Below are positions 12,301 to 24,769 of a stretch of 64,000 nucleotides of DNA, in pieces. Numbering within the stretch: position 1 is the stretch's first letter; every line of letters starts with the position of its first letter. Source of the stretch: Phoronis australis. Its lineage: Eukaryota; Animalia; Phoronida. The stretch is from assembly GCA_002633005.1 (NCBI GenBank), contig NMRA01000121.1:408434-472433 (forward strand). Reading direction: 5' to 3'. A program made the position numbers and the translations under genes. The notes under the pieces are model-generated. The model was not told the origin of the DNA. It made no database searches and saw only the letters and a program-made list of their open reading frames with translations.

Positions 12301-15300
12301 CTCGGTTCTGAGAACGTCTTGTTCGTGTCCAGCATAGAGAAGGAAGCCCAGAGTCTTCTCATTGAAGGAACCGAAGCGCACATTTCGGTCAAAAAGTAGA
12401 GGAAGATCTGATAGAGGCTGTAGCTTCCTCATGAAGCTGTCTTCTTTAGCCATGGATAGATACCAGCCTGAAAACGAGAAGCTCATGGCAAGACAAATGT
12501 GGAGCACAAATTGTTGAAACGCAGGACAATATTGTGAAAACATGGTGCACCGAAAAGACTCATTTGCATTTTAAAACATACTTGTATTGGTGAGATCAAC
12601 TCCCAACGTAAATTCCAACCGTTAGGATGTAGTGTCCAACAAACGTTAATTACACGAAAACAATTTTCAAGAAGCTTGTGTACGCAGATTCTTCTGTAGA
12701 GACATGCATTGAGAGACATGCATTGACTGAACGACACAAAAGTGGCATAAAGATGAAGTTATAATATCAAAATCTCCATAAGAAGTTTTGCACTGAAAAG
12801 GAACATTTTCACTACTATAAAAATCTTACCATCAAATGCATGCAACGGAAAATTACATAGAAGTCCCCCGTCGACGTAGAGATCGTTGTTGATTGGGCCC
12901 TGGTAACGAACAGCTTCAAATAGCACTGAAACACGTTCAAAATCCAAATGTGTTGTGCAGTTCTACTCTACCAAACATACGTTAACATTTAAGCTCAATT
13001 GCACTCAGTAAAATTTTGAACCAGTGGAGAAGGTTTTTAAAGTAGACCTACTACCATAAACTAGATACAGAAATGTTAAAGTGAACCCACGTACGCATAC
13101 TACCACTTGCATGCGGAGACAGTGTACCATCTCAGGGGTTTGAGCTCCGTACTCCCGTTTGGGAAACTAGGGTTCCATGCGCGCACCCAAGGGGGGGGCA
13201 AAAAGGTTCGCTTCTGAGAAACGAAAAGTCCGAGAAAATGAGACAAAAGTCCACTAAACAAGCTCGAACGCGCAATTCAAAGTGGTGCGCTCGGTTTTTT
13301 TTTTGTTTTTTTAGTCCACCCGCATTTTTGTTACCAAAAGGTCCACAAATTCGACCCCCAACATTGAAGGCTGGGTGCGCGCATGGGTTCAAATCCGGCT
13401 TTACTGGCAGACAATCGAATATTACACGAAGATGTCTCCCACTCCTCTGAGNCAAATAGCACTGAAACACGTTCAAAATCCAAAAGTGTTGTGTAGTTGT
13501 ACTCCACCAAACATACGTTAACATTTAAGCTCAATTGCACTCAGTAAAATTTTGAACCAGTGGAGAAGGTTTTTAAAGTAGACCTACTACCATAAACTAG
13601 ATACAGAAATGTTAATTTGAACCCACGTACGCATACTACCACTTGCATGCGGAGACAGTGTGCCATCTCAGGGGTTTGAGCTCCGTACTCCCGTTTGGGA
13701 AACTAGGGTTCCATGCACACACCCAAGGGGGGGCAAAAAGGTTCGCTTCTGAGAAACAAAAAGTCTGAGAAAATGAGACAAAAGTCCACTAAACAAGCTC
13801 GAACGCGCAATTCAAAGTGGTGCGCTCGTTTTTTTGTTTTTTTAGTCCACCCGCATTTTTGTTACCAAAAGGTCCACAAATTCGAGCCCCCCACATTGAA
13901 GGCTGGGTGCGCGCATGGGTTCAAATCCGGCTTTACTGGCAGACAAACGAATATTACACGAAGATGTCTCCCACTCCTCTGAGCTCGGTCTTAGTATGGT
14001 CGCCTTACCGGGGATAGACATTGACATGCGAATGGCAGTGGCAATTTCCATGTCCGGCGTGGTCTTGGGATGACAGTACTCGGCGTCCAGCTGGTTAACG
14101 TTGCAAACTACGATACATAATTCCATTCCTGTCATTTTGTATAGCTGCAAGCCAAGAATCAACAACTACTGTTAGATTGCATCAACACTTTCATCTAAAT
14201 CATTGTGAACAAGCCACGCCGTTTCAGCAAGCGGTTTGCTGGTTTACGAATACAAGATTAAAAACGAAAGGCATACAACATCTATTGGTAGGTCATTTCC
14301 GCTCCTTCTGTTGATCTTTATTTCGTCCTCATTTACTGGTTGAATGTCGTAATTAAGCTATTTAACTCTATAGAATTGGCCTTCGTTTTTGTCATGATAG
14401 CAATTGGTTTCAACTATGATGAACAGGGCGTTGTTCTCGACGTAGACCAGAGACACATGCATAAAAACGTAGCGTGAGCACTTGCTTCGCGCCTAATGCA
14501 TGACGATAACTCGAGAAGACGGTTTCGCCCCGCCATCAGAGGGTATCAACTACATCGTCCGGTTTTTAACTGTGGCCAAAAACTGATTTAATTACATCTC
14601 ACAAGGTCCATCCCAGGGTCAGAATTCACACTGATAGTTAGCCCTCGATACAGCCGTGTTACATGATCGTTTCAAAAACGTTCTTTCGCAGCGCTGTCAT
14701 GCGACTGGAGTGGAATAGCAAATACCAACGCCATGACACTAAGAATTTCTAGTGTGGACGGCCACGGCTCATGCCCCACTTAATCTTTAGATGCAAACAA
14801 AGGTGACGGTTTCTTTAACGTTAGTACCGAAGACGATAATGGCACCCTTGTCAAACAGCATTTCCTGTTGTGACTGAATAAACGTGAAGGGACAGATTAC
14901 AATATATATATATTCTATTTATGTACGTTGGTAACAAGCCTTCTTTCAAGTAAGTCTCATTGAACGCCCCGCACCCGTTTCAGCAACTGCCTAATTCGAA
15001 CAGGAGACGACCAACAATCACATGTAGCCTAACACCACAAGGAGACAACAAGCACGTGTCCTCTGTACTTCGTCCTTTCTAGGTCATCTTAGGAGTGACT
15101 AAGATGCTAAGAACGGCAGCAGAGCCCACCAAGAAGACATATAGGTGAAAAAACAACAAAAAAGTAACACAGTCAAGCAATGCATACACGAGAGTGAAAC
15201 CCATCAGAGAAGACTACAGAAACAGTTACCGCACTGCAAGTGATACTAAAATAATTCAAGGATTCCAGTCCGACCAGTGTGTTGGGAATTTATTAAGGAA

Positions 15301-16028
15301 TGCCCTGTTATAATTATTGGAGCCCCCAATCTGAAGACGATGGGCGGATGCATCCGTCCTAACGATAAATCAAGTTATGTTGGCCTTCCCACCTAGCAGC
15401 ATTTCTTATCACCTTCAAAATGACCATTTCGTCACCTGCCATGGTCGCAAACTCACACGCACTGAAATTGTTGACAACAGAAATAGGATATTTCGAATCT
15501 GACCGTATCGTCTTTTAAGAGATCTCGGAGGCTCTAATAATTAAAACAGAGCATCCCTTAATAAATTCCCAACACACGGGTNCGGACTGGAATCCTTCAG
15601 TTATTCTAGTGTCACCTGCAGTTCGGTAAGTGTCTCTGTAGTCTTCTCTGTTGGGTTTCACACTCGTGTATGTATCGCTTGACATCCCACTGTGTTACTT
15701 TTGTGTTGTTTTCTCATCTATGTCCTCTTGGTGGGCTCTGTTGCCTTTTTCAGTATTTTAGTCATTCATTAGATGACCAAAGAAGGTCGATGTACAGAAA
15801 ATACATGCCTGTGACCGTTTTAAAAAGATGTCTCCGTTTGGTGTTATAGCGGTATAAGAGTGATGGAGGTCTCCCGTTCGAATTAGATACCTTGACTAGA
15901 ATGTGACGTGTTACATGGCAATAAGAAAAGTTATTGCTGAAACTCAAGAGTGCGGAAAAAAGTTTGGCGCTCAATGTATGTATGTATGTATGTATGTATG
16001 TATGTATGTATGTATGTATGTATGTATG

Positions 16029-16062
<34 letters not shown>

Positions 16063-17898
16063 TGTATGTATGTATGTATGTATGTTCATGTATGTGTGTC
16101 GTGTGTGTGTGTGCGCGCGCACGTGTGCGTGCGTGTGTGCGTATGTATGCATATAATGGGTTCCAATCGGACTTCTGGAGGCGCCGACACATCGGTAAAA
16201 GTTGAAAAATCAATGTTTTCCCAGCGGCTTGTCGCGGGACACCGATCGCGACCATCTTGTACCCACGCTTTCACGCAGGCGTTAAATAAATTATAGAAAC
16301 ACTTCTTCATTTGTATACGCCATCAAAACTCGCTTCAGCAGTACATACATATTTCACCAATTCGTTGCTCGCCACCTCACTTCCTTCTTTTCATTCATAG
16401 ATGAAAAAGACCTTTCGGAGTTGTTTATTCTGGGACATTCTCAGTTACCCGAAATTAACCAATCAAAAATTTGCATGCTGTGACGTCGTGGTGTTTGCAA
16501 TGTACCAATGAGCGGCTGCGGATGACTTGCCATTGACAATACCTTTGGCTGAACCAGGAAATTATCATGTCTTCTGGTATTATGGATAATGTACTTTTCA
16601 CACATGAGTTTGATTTATGTGATGGACCAAAATGTATGCGTTTGATGTTAAGTGAACTCTATCTTTTTACTACAAAAGTAGATGCAGACATAAACTCGTG
16701 GATTAGTATTTTCTCTGTTTCTCTAGCTTGTTACAATCAGGTCATTCAAAAAATGAGAAACTATTTCGTAATGTGTGATATTATGAAGTGGTCATTTTCT
16801 CGATGGATTGATACTACAGATTGCGTTAGCCTTTTACTAACCTGAAGAAATGTTAAGTTCTTCTCTCCTGTGCTCCGCTCGAGGTTGTCTCGAAACCATT
16901 TCAGCAATCGCTTGCCTGGGTGCCAGCCAAAATTTCTGATAAAATTGGGAATGAAACTGAGACCTTTAAAACGAGCGTCTGAAATAGATATAGTGAAATT
17001 AAAGAAGCCACTAAATAGATCTCAACTGAAGTGTTGCTATCAGTAGGTGACCAGCTGCTTTAGACTAATTCAGTATTCATCCAAACGTTGACATTATTTA
17101 ATTTTACTTGTCGGCTAATCGAGCCTCGAACAGGCCTATCAATGAATATGTGATTTATTACAAGTTGCAGCTAAAACACAAAAATCAAGGCATGCAACAT
17201 CAAAACTTACCTAATACCACCTTTTTCATGTCAGTGTTCAGAAAATGTTCCAGTTCGTATGAATTGTAGCCGAGGCACACCATGGTGGCTGTCATAGCAC
17301 CGGCAGATGTTCCTGCGATACGCTTCATTTGAGGCCAAACACCGGCATTTTCAAGTTCCTTTAAAATATCAAAAGTTATAGTTATCAATTGGGTCTCAAT
17401 AGGTAATTCCAGGATTTTTCTTGTTGCAGGGATACAACAAAATAAAGTTTTACCAAAATTTGCACCAAGTACAAGTTACAAGTTGCGTATCATAGTTGGG
17501 TATCAAGTTCACCGTGCCCTCCTGCGCAAGGAAAAGAATACGGAAAATATTTATGAACGCGAACACGTGACTTAAGAGCAAAAACTTGCTTGACACTTTT
17601 CTGCGCAAAATGATTTTGACGGGTAAGCAGGATAAGAATTCTGTATTTCGTCGGAATCTCTTACCCTTACGACCCCGACGTATGCCACGCCTTTAGCGCC
17701 CCCTCCCTCGAACACTGCGCACTCAAATGGATATTTGTACTTCGATAAATCCATCTCGTCACCGTACTCCGTGGGTGTTTTGACATTCCCCGATTCATTG
17801 GCGGTTTCCGTGTGGTAAAGTTTAACCTCCTCGTTAGGCTTGACTCCTCTAGGGGGCGGGCTTGGTAACACCTTTTTTCTTGATTGTTTGTTTCCCAT
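6170..17898 (-). CDS. Patatin-like phospholipase (ExoU/VipD-like motifs) with N-myristoylation motif and two EF-hands; 12 coding exons, ~586 aa
   Basis: Exons (minus): 17898-17665, 17358-17211, 16978-16842, 14144-14009, 12925-12830, 12467-12245, 11919-11760, 10414-10316, 9999-9841, 8928-8833 (copy 7752-7657), 8112-7986 (copy 6943-6817), 6315-6170. All GT-AG and phase-compatible, 1761 nt including stop. Motifs: MGNKQS, FEGGGAKG, GTSAG, SMSIP, YVDGG, EF loops NLDQDDNIDREE and DIDKNGEISYHE. Confidence 0.9.
7044..7109. mobile_element. ~70 bp micro-MITE with 13 bp TIR CATGGGCGGCGCA (representative copy)
   Basis: Related copies at ~1812, 1873-1945, 8214, 9612-9681, 25880-25996 (inverted), 51276-51343 and 58839 (partial). 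Confidence 0.7.
7986..8112 (-). CDS. Patatin gene exon 11 (second copy at 6817-6943)
   Basis: QGARATKSYLRHYVQTKNP...TTTKNI; AG and GTAAG boundaries. Confidence 0.8.
8833..8928 (-). CDS. Patatin gene exon 10 (second copy at 7657-7752)
   Basis: KRDVERTIGINTDYIDTNDYDMEVGDKKFLVE. Confidence 0.85.
9841..9999 (-). CDS. Patatin gene exon 9
   Basis: ISYHELVKFIEKKGVHIQSRFRGYERR...VNVKRIFIQ; completes EF-hand 2. Confidence 0.87.
10316..10414 (-). CDS. Patatin gene exon 8 (EF-hand 2, first part)
   Basis: Manual translation DSKFTKAHRELLFGNGVTIDQVLDIMDIDKNGE; 99 nt, phase 0-0. Confidence 0.85.
11760..11919 (-). CDS. Patatin gene exon 7 (EF-hand 1)
   Basis: ...RALTRNNLDQDDNIDREELKNALEKS. Confidence 0.85.
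12245..12467 (-). CDS. Patatin gene exon 6
   Basis: GWYLSMAKEDSF...NEKTLGFLLY...PDTPLA; phase fits. Confidence 0.87.
12830..12925 (-). CDS. Patatin gene exon 5 (catalytic DGG)
   Basis: VLFEAVRY...LYVDGGLLCNFPLHAFD. Confidence 0.92.
12917..13983. repeat. Tandem duplication of ~530 bp around a single N (13452); probable assembly overlap
   Basis: 12917-13451 and 13453-13983 nearly identical. Confidence 0.9.
13176..13386. mobile_element. MITE-like element with TIR CCATGCGCGCACCCA
   Basis: CCATGCGCGCACCCA ... TGGGTGCGCGCATGG; second copy inside the duplicated block at ~13711-13918. Confidence 0.6.
14009..14144 (-). CDS. Patatin gene exon 4
   Basis: LYKMTGMELCIVVCNVN...TPDMEIATAIRMSMSIP, conserved patatin block. 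Confidence 0.9.
14959..15975. repeat. Large diverged inverted repeat (arms ~14959-15327 and ~15527-15975)
   Basis: GGATTCCAGTCCG...GTGTGTTGGGAATTTATTAAGG has its reverse complement at 15556-15597; similarity continues with indels to both ends. Confidence 0.85.
15974..16150. repeat. (TATG)n followed by (TG)n microsatellite
   Basis: Direct reading. Confidence 0.95.
16842..16978 (-). CDS. Patatin gene exon 3
   Basis: Manual translation DARFKGLSFIPNFIRNFGWHPGKRLLKWF...NLTFLQ; phase fits. Confidence 0.88.
17211..17358 (-). CDS. Patatin gene exon 2 (GTSAG nucleophile elbow)
   Basis: ELENAGVWPQMKRIAGTSAGAM...; AG and GTAAGT boundaries. Confidence 0.92.
17665..17898 (-). CDS. Patatin gene coding exon 1 (MGNKQS...FEGGGAKGVAYVGVVR)
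   Basis: First ATG after an in-frame TAA; glycine-rich oxyanion motif; GTAAG donor. Confidence 0.88.
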
Positions 17899-18390
17899 GG
17901 TGATCGGATGCTGGTGATCTCGGCTGCCTGTCACTTGTTCTTAATCCATTACCAAATTCCGAGGTTCTTTGCTTTGATCATCTGTTAATATAAATGCAGT
18001 CATTAGGAAGTTAGTTGACGTAGATAACAACTGAAAGCACTTGGGCCGGAATAACCCCTTGGTGAAGAACGGAATCTCCCCTGCAATATTTCACTGACCT
18101 AGTTTGAACATGACATAACTTCGTATGAGATGTGGAATTAATACAGTTCTCGGTCGTATTCGTACTGTTAAATTAAACAACATTTCCACTGTTCTACATT
18201 TGTAAGCTGGCCACGCCTAGGATCTTTCCAAAATCTAAATTTGTTATCCATTAGACTACAAATCTTCAGCTAAGTCCGTTCATCATAAGCTTTTCAATAT
18301 ATTTTCAATTAAAGCGTAGAAAATAAATCTGACACTAAATAAGACGATCCAGATCCTCCCAAGGATACTATTGTTTCACGAAATGTAGAA

Positions 18391-18641
18391 TATAAATAGG
18401 TAAATAAAACAACAAGAATGGATCAACTGAAATTTTCGGATGTAATAACGTCCTTTGTCAACAGAAACAGAAATAAAGTAAAATTAAACACTATATGACA
18501 ATTGACATTTAAGATGTGGCGTAATGCCAATTGTCATGTAGTGTTTAATTTTACTTTATTTCTGTTTCTGTTGGCAAAGGACGTTATTACATCCGAAAAT
18601 TTCAGTTGATCCATTCTTGTTGTTTTATTTACCTATTTATA
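18391..18641. mobile_element. Near-perfect palindromic MITE-like fold-back (~120 bp arms)
   Basis: TATAAATAGGTAAATAAAACAACAAG... mirrors ...CTTGTTGTTTTATTTACCTATTTATA; ~12 nt loop; TA at both ends. Confidence 0.85.
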
Positions 18642-21600
18642 ATTAAAGCGTAAAATTAATCAAAAGCTAGGAACCACTAAGTAATGGTTCCTAGTCAAAA
18701 GGAGGCACGACCATCGATCTATTTCTATAATTCAGGGGACGAATAAACCCACCAGGCTGATTTCTTTTCCAAATGCTGATTCCAGAGAGGTTACGTGCTT
18801 CGGTTATTCGTCTGTTAGTTTTAAAAAAATTTTCCTTTCTTTACCTACGGATTTCGATAGCGTGAACAAAAGGTGACAAGTTCATTGATGTGTGTTCTGT
18901 TAGGCAAAACAGTTCTGTGCCCCCCCGACCGGAAGGAGGCAGCTCAAATTACCCCGCGGCTGAGATAATGTAAAGCTGCGACCTTTGACATTCAATTTCT
19001 CAACAATGAGTAGAATAGAAGACCCGTGCCAACATTAAAGTCCTGTTGGCTTTATGAACAATTACATTCATTTAAAGAGGTTGAGTGAGCCTTTACACAA
19101 TCCTTTGAACAAGCTGCCAATTAGGATGACAACAAAGAGAAAAGAGTTACCCATAAATCACCAGAATAGAAACTAACACAGTGTCATCCAGCAGAGTAGA
19201 GTACAAGACAATCGATTGTCAGTCAGCCCATTTCAACCTGGCTTCTGCTAGAACTCGTGACTCGTGACTAGTCGAGATTAAATTATCGAAATTATCGTAA
19301 CAGCTTCGTAATACTCGTCGCTATCAAACCCATGCCGTGCAGTTTCACCGCTGTACTTTCTCCCGGAAATTTGAGCTACCGAGAACACATGGACTTATTC
19401 TGTTATGGAAGTCCGTAATATTAGAAGTTCATGGTAGACCTATTCACAAAACATGATTTGGGTTCTAATTCTGTTTTATTACTGAGTGCCGGGTTGTCGA
19501 CTGGCGCAATACAGCCCAGGACGCAAACGTCGGTGGCAAATTTTCTTGGGGATTGACCACTGGACATAAATGAAAATCGATTTCAGTCTAGAGACCAGTT
19601 ACTTGATTTTCTTTATGAACTGTTAACATAGGTATGTCAATTCAGATTGATAAATAGATCAATACCAATAAATAGAAGTATGTGTGCATCATTCTGTTGC
19701 CGGCTTTTAACAATGAACAGGAGGGCAAATAGTTTGAAATTCAAAAGCTATACAGTGCAATACACATTTGGTGAGCCATCGCACTGTACTCATTACGTGC
19801 CAATTCCCACAGTTGCATATGGTCTGTGTTTCTTGAAAATTGATGAGGTGATGCCGTATTTTTTAGTAGCCCATGCTTTTAGGTCACCCGATTCCAGCTC
19901 AGTGATGTATGGGTCAGAATTTTCCATTGCGCCATCGGCCCGCGCACGTAAAAGTTCTGTATAGGTTTTCTAAAAGTGGAAGCTCTGTAAAATTTGATTA
20001 TGACATTTTTCCAATCTGCCATTAATTGAGTGATGTAACCACGATAAAGTAAAACGATTTAGTAAAACTTAGCAGAATAGTAAAGTATGCTGGAAACAAC
20101 GCTTGAATACCATGGTGACGAAGTTCTCAAAAATGTTTTTACAGTTTTCTAAAATATGAGTTCACTTTCGTTTTATGCAACTTCAGTCTTTTATGAAAAT
20201 CATTAGTTTTATTTTAATAGCCACTCATGCAAAGTTTTAAAAAAATTCCCTTTAATTTATAGAGAACAACGAATAAGGCGTGTATCTGAAACTTTCGCCT
20301 AATCCGATCAGACATTTCTGAGATTCGATGTTGCGATGTTAGCCTCTGACAATGTAGACATCTTTCCAGGGTTTGACAGAACCTTTTTCTTCTGGGCCAC
20401 TACCCGTTATAATCTGTGTCATTATAGCCAGGAGTATTCGACTGCACTTTCAACGTGGGAGGGTGCAAATAGAAATATTGTGTACCCAAGTGTGAAGTTT
20501 AGAAAGTGGACTCGAAAAAGATACCCATTTGTAGGGAACTTCCATGAAAATGTCACGTGAGCATTCCTGGACCGCTGTAGTTTTAGCCAATTAAACATGG
20601 AGCACTACACGAACAGATACCACAACATTAGAATGAGTACATGTTTTGCAACCGCGTATAATAAAAACGCTTCTGTAGATTTTTGTATTTGGAGAAGTGA
20701 CCCCTTTCGCTGGGAATTAAGTCATATAATATACCCTTTCCCTTGGGGGATTGTGTGGGGAAAAGGCGTCCTTTGGTTTAAGTAAACGGATCGTGAAAAA
20801 CATACTTGACTTCTCTTTTCTATGTGTGTACCCCGGACATCACACAGGGCTCAGGCGGTACAAAGCGAGCTGAGGCTCTCTTGTTAACATCACAGTTACG
20901 CTTTGCACTCGCTTTTGTGGCCTTAGTTCCCATGGTCAAACTACATTCACCTGCAGAAGGCCACTTAATGCTGCCCAGCTGAATCACAACAATCCCCTTG
21001 ACGCTGGGTTGAAGCCAAACCAAACAAACCCGTGGCGATCGCTAGCAGTGCGAAAGAAATCAACAAGTGAATCATTCGGTTCAATGGGTTTAGCCCCTAC
21101 ACTGAATTCCATTTAACAAGGTTACGATGTCTTACTAGTATTAACGTAAACACACGGACAATTTAATAATCTTTTTTGTTTAATGCACAACTGTTATATG
21201 TAAATCAATGTTGGACTTCTACAGTTTCAAATGACATATAATTGTAAACGAGCTCTTTCAGGTAATATTACGTATCATTTATTGTCTTTGACAAAGGCCT
21301 AAATATTGGGTTTTAAAACTTTGTTAGTGTAACACAAGTTTTTCCATCTTTTCTGTTCTTACAGTTTGTACTTTTTTATTTCACGCTTTCATTCTTACTG
21401 TATTGTACACTCATATTGACAAAATTAATTCACCCAGTTGAATCTGGGAGTAGTATAGTCCTAGAGTTGAATATACTTCCAATATCCAGTTTTCTTTCAG
21501 AGTAGAAATTTTACTGATAAGTGAGGCTAATTCAAAAGTCACTGCATATACAGATAGTCCCTACCTGTGTTCATGTGAACATACGTTCAACAGGGGGTAC

Positions 21601-22621
21601 ATATCTCGCCAGGACGTAGAAATGCGGTAATGTCGCCGGGATAGGTCTGAGGTAAAACTTTTATATGGCAAAAAAATATTGAGTCACGAGCCATGTTGCA
21701 ATTTTTCCGTCTATGTTACCATGCAATTTAGCCACAAATAATTCATAACGAGTCCAGTAAATGTTTTTGAAAACACAGATTAAGTTTTAACTTAACTATC
21801 GTTTATGATCATAAAACACCTCCATAAATGTAATGTTTGAGGAACCATAGAGTAGAATTTATAATCAGGCCACCGTGAAGGGGTCATTTTCACTCATGTT
21901 TTGACGGTGTTCCGGCAAAGCAACACGTCACTATGACACTAATCGAATTTCAATCAAACTTTTTCCAAACGTTTTCTAAATCACTGTCAGTTGCTGTTTA
22001 GTGTCGGGAATTTCTTATTAATTCTGTAACACAGCGCATTTTGTGTTTTTGGTTGTTTGAAATGAAACCAAACAGAAGACCTTCGCACAATTTTACTTCA
22101 CGAAAGCAATTAATTAGCAACGTTCTAAATATCAGTCCAAATAATATTGACCAACTTACCTTCAACATATTAAGCAGCCGTTGTTCAATACTAACTGAGT
22201 GAAAGCAACTTGTACAGTATTTGCTCTCGTTCACGATTGCATTCAGGAGAATAGCATCGATCAGCAATATTATTGGTCGAAATGTGTTTACTTTGCGTTT
22301 CTGTTGTTGCTATTGGTGATCTCCGGTTGGGGATGACCAATAAACCTCCCACGAAATCGGTGTCCGGTGATTTGAGCACAGGTGGCTAAGCCATTCTATA
22401 GTGTACTGTGGGTTTGTGACAATTAGAAAACAAAAAATCCCAAGACGATGTTACATGACTGTATGTGACGAACGCATTTAGTAAATTTATGGAGCCAGAG
22501 CACTTAATATTGTGATCTGATTGTGGATTCGCTTGTCGAAACTGAAACGACATACTCCTGACTGGCCAAATTCACACAGTTCTAATACTCGATCGCTAGG
22601 TGACCAATTCAAAGCCAGGGA

Positions 22622-22720
22622 GGAGGCATTGTGGCCTGGTTGATAAGTGCCCGCTTTCTTTACTCGAGGTCTTGGGTTCGAGTCCCACCAGGTCACACTG
22701 CTAAACCCTTGAGCCAGGTT
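22622..22720 (+). mobile_element. tRNA-derived SINE head
   Basis: A-box-like TGGCCTGGTTG (22632), B box GGTTCGAGTCC (22675), then a CCTTGAGC.AGG SINE-body-like motif. Confidence 0.6.
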
Positions 22721-24769
22721 TCTAGCTCCTCAGCTCGGTTTTAACAACATATTAATAAAGCATGAAAATATTTCCAGGTGATCAGTGCAATGGGCCCACA
22801 TGTGAGGCCTGCGCACGTCTGGTACAACGTGTATCAGACCGCCTGCAATTATTTTTTATTATAATTATTGCCAGGTGTGGGGGTGGGCCGGAGGGGTGGT
22901 AGGGCACGTACCAGTCTCAGTCCCCAGCTTCATACCCTTCTGTTCATGAGTGAAGAAAACTTACCCTCCTAGCTCGGCTCCTTCGCCCCCGCTTTCTGCG
23001 CATGTGATTGGATGCACGTAAATAGCTCCAGTGTAGGACCGACTTGCTTCCTTCATAGGGCTCGTTTCACATGTCGGTCTACTTAGAAATCCATGTGTAA
23101 ATCTAAGTCCATCTAGCCGAGGTGGACGTAGGTAACGATCATTTCACCGTCCGATGCACGGCTGGACCACCTCGCCAGCGGAAGGGGGAGGTAAAAAACT
23201 TACATTCACACCTCACTGCCGCGAGCTCGTTCAAAGGGTAAGGTTAATTAATGTAATCAAAATTGTTTACGTCATCTTAACTCCACGCATCTTGTTGAAA
23301 CTATTTTCAAGTCTTTCGTGCTCGCACACCTAAATTATTCCTGTGATATACCGTATGATAATCAGTGAACACAGGTATACTTCTCCAATATTAGACAATG
23401 CGGCATATACTATGAAAGGACTCGACACATTTTCGCTCTTATGTAATCTCAATTGCAACAAACTAAGCCACACGTCACGAGTCCATTTATACTTTAAAGT
23501 CTTAAACAACACAAAAATCTATTCAAATGAAATCCTATTTGACTCTTTATACAAGCGACAAAGTACTACTAGACCAGGATTGCGATAATGTAACTAGAAA
23601 ACGTGATACCACACGAGTAACAGTATTATTTAAAAAGTTGCTAAATTTCTATTTCATATCGGGGAGCTGTGTTGCTTTTAAAAACTGACATTGACTAAAA
23701 TATGTACTTTTCTAAATCACCATAGCTTATTTTTTAATTAATAAAATACTAACGTTCCAAGAAAACTGACTTAACTAAGACAAATCTTAAATTTTAGTAA
23801 ATTTTAAGATAAAACTTAAATTTGTCTGATGTCCGTTTCAAGCAAGAGATCTTAAAAGTTGTTTTCTTAATTTTTGTCTTAATTTTGATTGAATTACTGG
23901 ATGTGGTTGTTTCAAATTTTGGAAGTTGAGACAAATCTTAGACTTGAGTCAAGAATGAACTTAAGTGAGTATCTTTATTGGCAAGATATTGCGGCACAGA
24001 AGTACCATACATTTATATTAAAATCTATATCTTTATCCATTTTTACATATACAATCATGGTAATTATATGGCGTCCAAATATGATTTCAAAAAAGCACTA
24101 AAGAAGAAGAGAACATTTGGAGAGAGCTCTGGTTCACATCACTGAAATATGAATTAAATGACGTTTCTTCCTTCTTCCGAGTCCTGATAGGCGCATGAAC
24201 GTTCTTATTTGGAGAACAGTAAAAGCAAAGTCATCTCAAGGCGAGACCTATCTGTATTTTCTCCACGAAGCCTGCTAACTGATGGCAGTCGGTCGTTACG
24301 CCGGTGTTTATAGCAACGCAAAGAAACAATGCGCAAAATTTGAAAAACAGTGAATGTTGGAACTTATAAAACAGATGGCTAAATTTGGCTGACTTCGGAA
24401 CATCATGTCCCAGAAATGGCCTATCGGGTTCACATGACACTTGGAGATACTGTTCTTTTAAGTTTATGTATTGTTCTCAAATGAGCTGTTAGACATTACC
24501 TTTTAAGACGTTTCACATTAACATGAGGGGCTATCAAAAATAGGACTTTAAAATGATTTTAATGAAAAATATTTAAGGTTATGGAGAACCCTCAAAAATG
24601 GCCAAATTTGGAAATCTTTGGAATATCCTATCTTCGAAATGGCCGATCCACATGAAAGCAGGTACCACGCTTTAAGCAGTGTTCTCCAAAACTCTGTTAG
24701 AAATTGTTTTTAAAAGTTTCCACTTTTGCATGAAGAATTACAAAAAAAAATATAAAATTTCATGAGTTC

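Noticed and set aside
12917-13983. Apparent duplicated acceptor of the patatin DGG exon
   Set aside because: The duplication is centred on a single N and the extra copy is cut after a few exon bases; most likely a contig overlap artefact.
15903-16310. Overlapping ORFs with (MYVC)n and (HTYI)n
   Set aside because: Products of the (TATG)n and (TG)n repeats.
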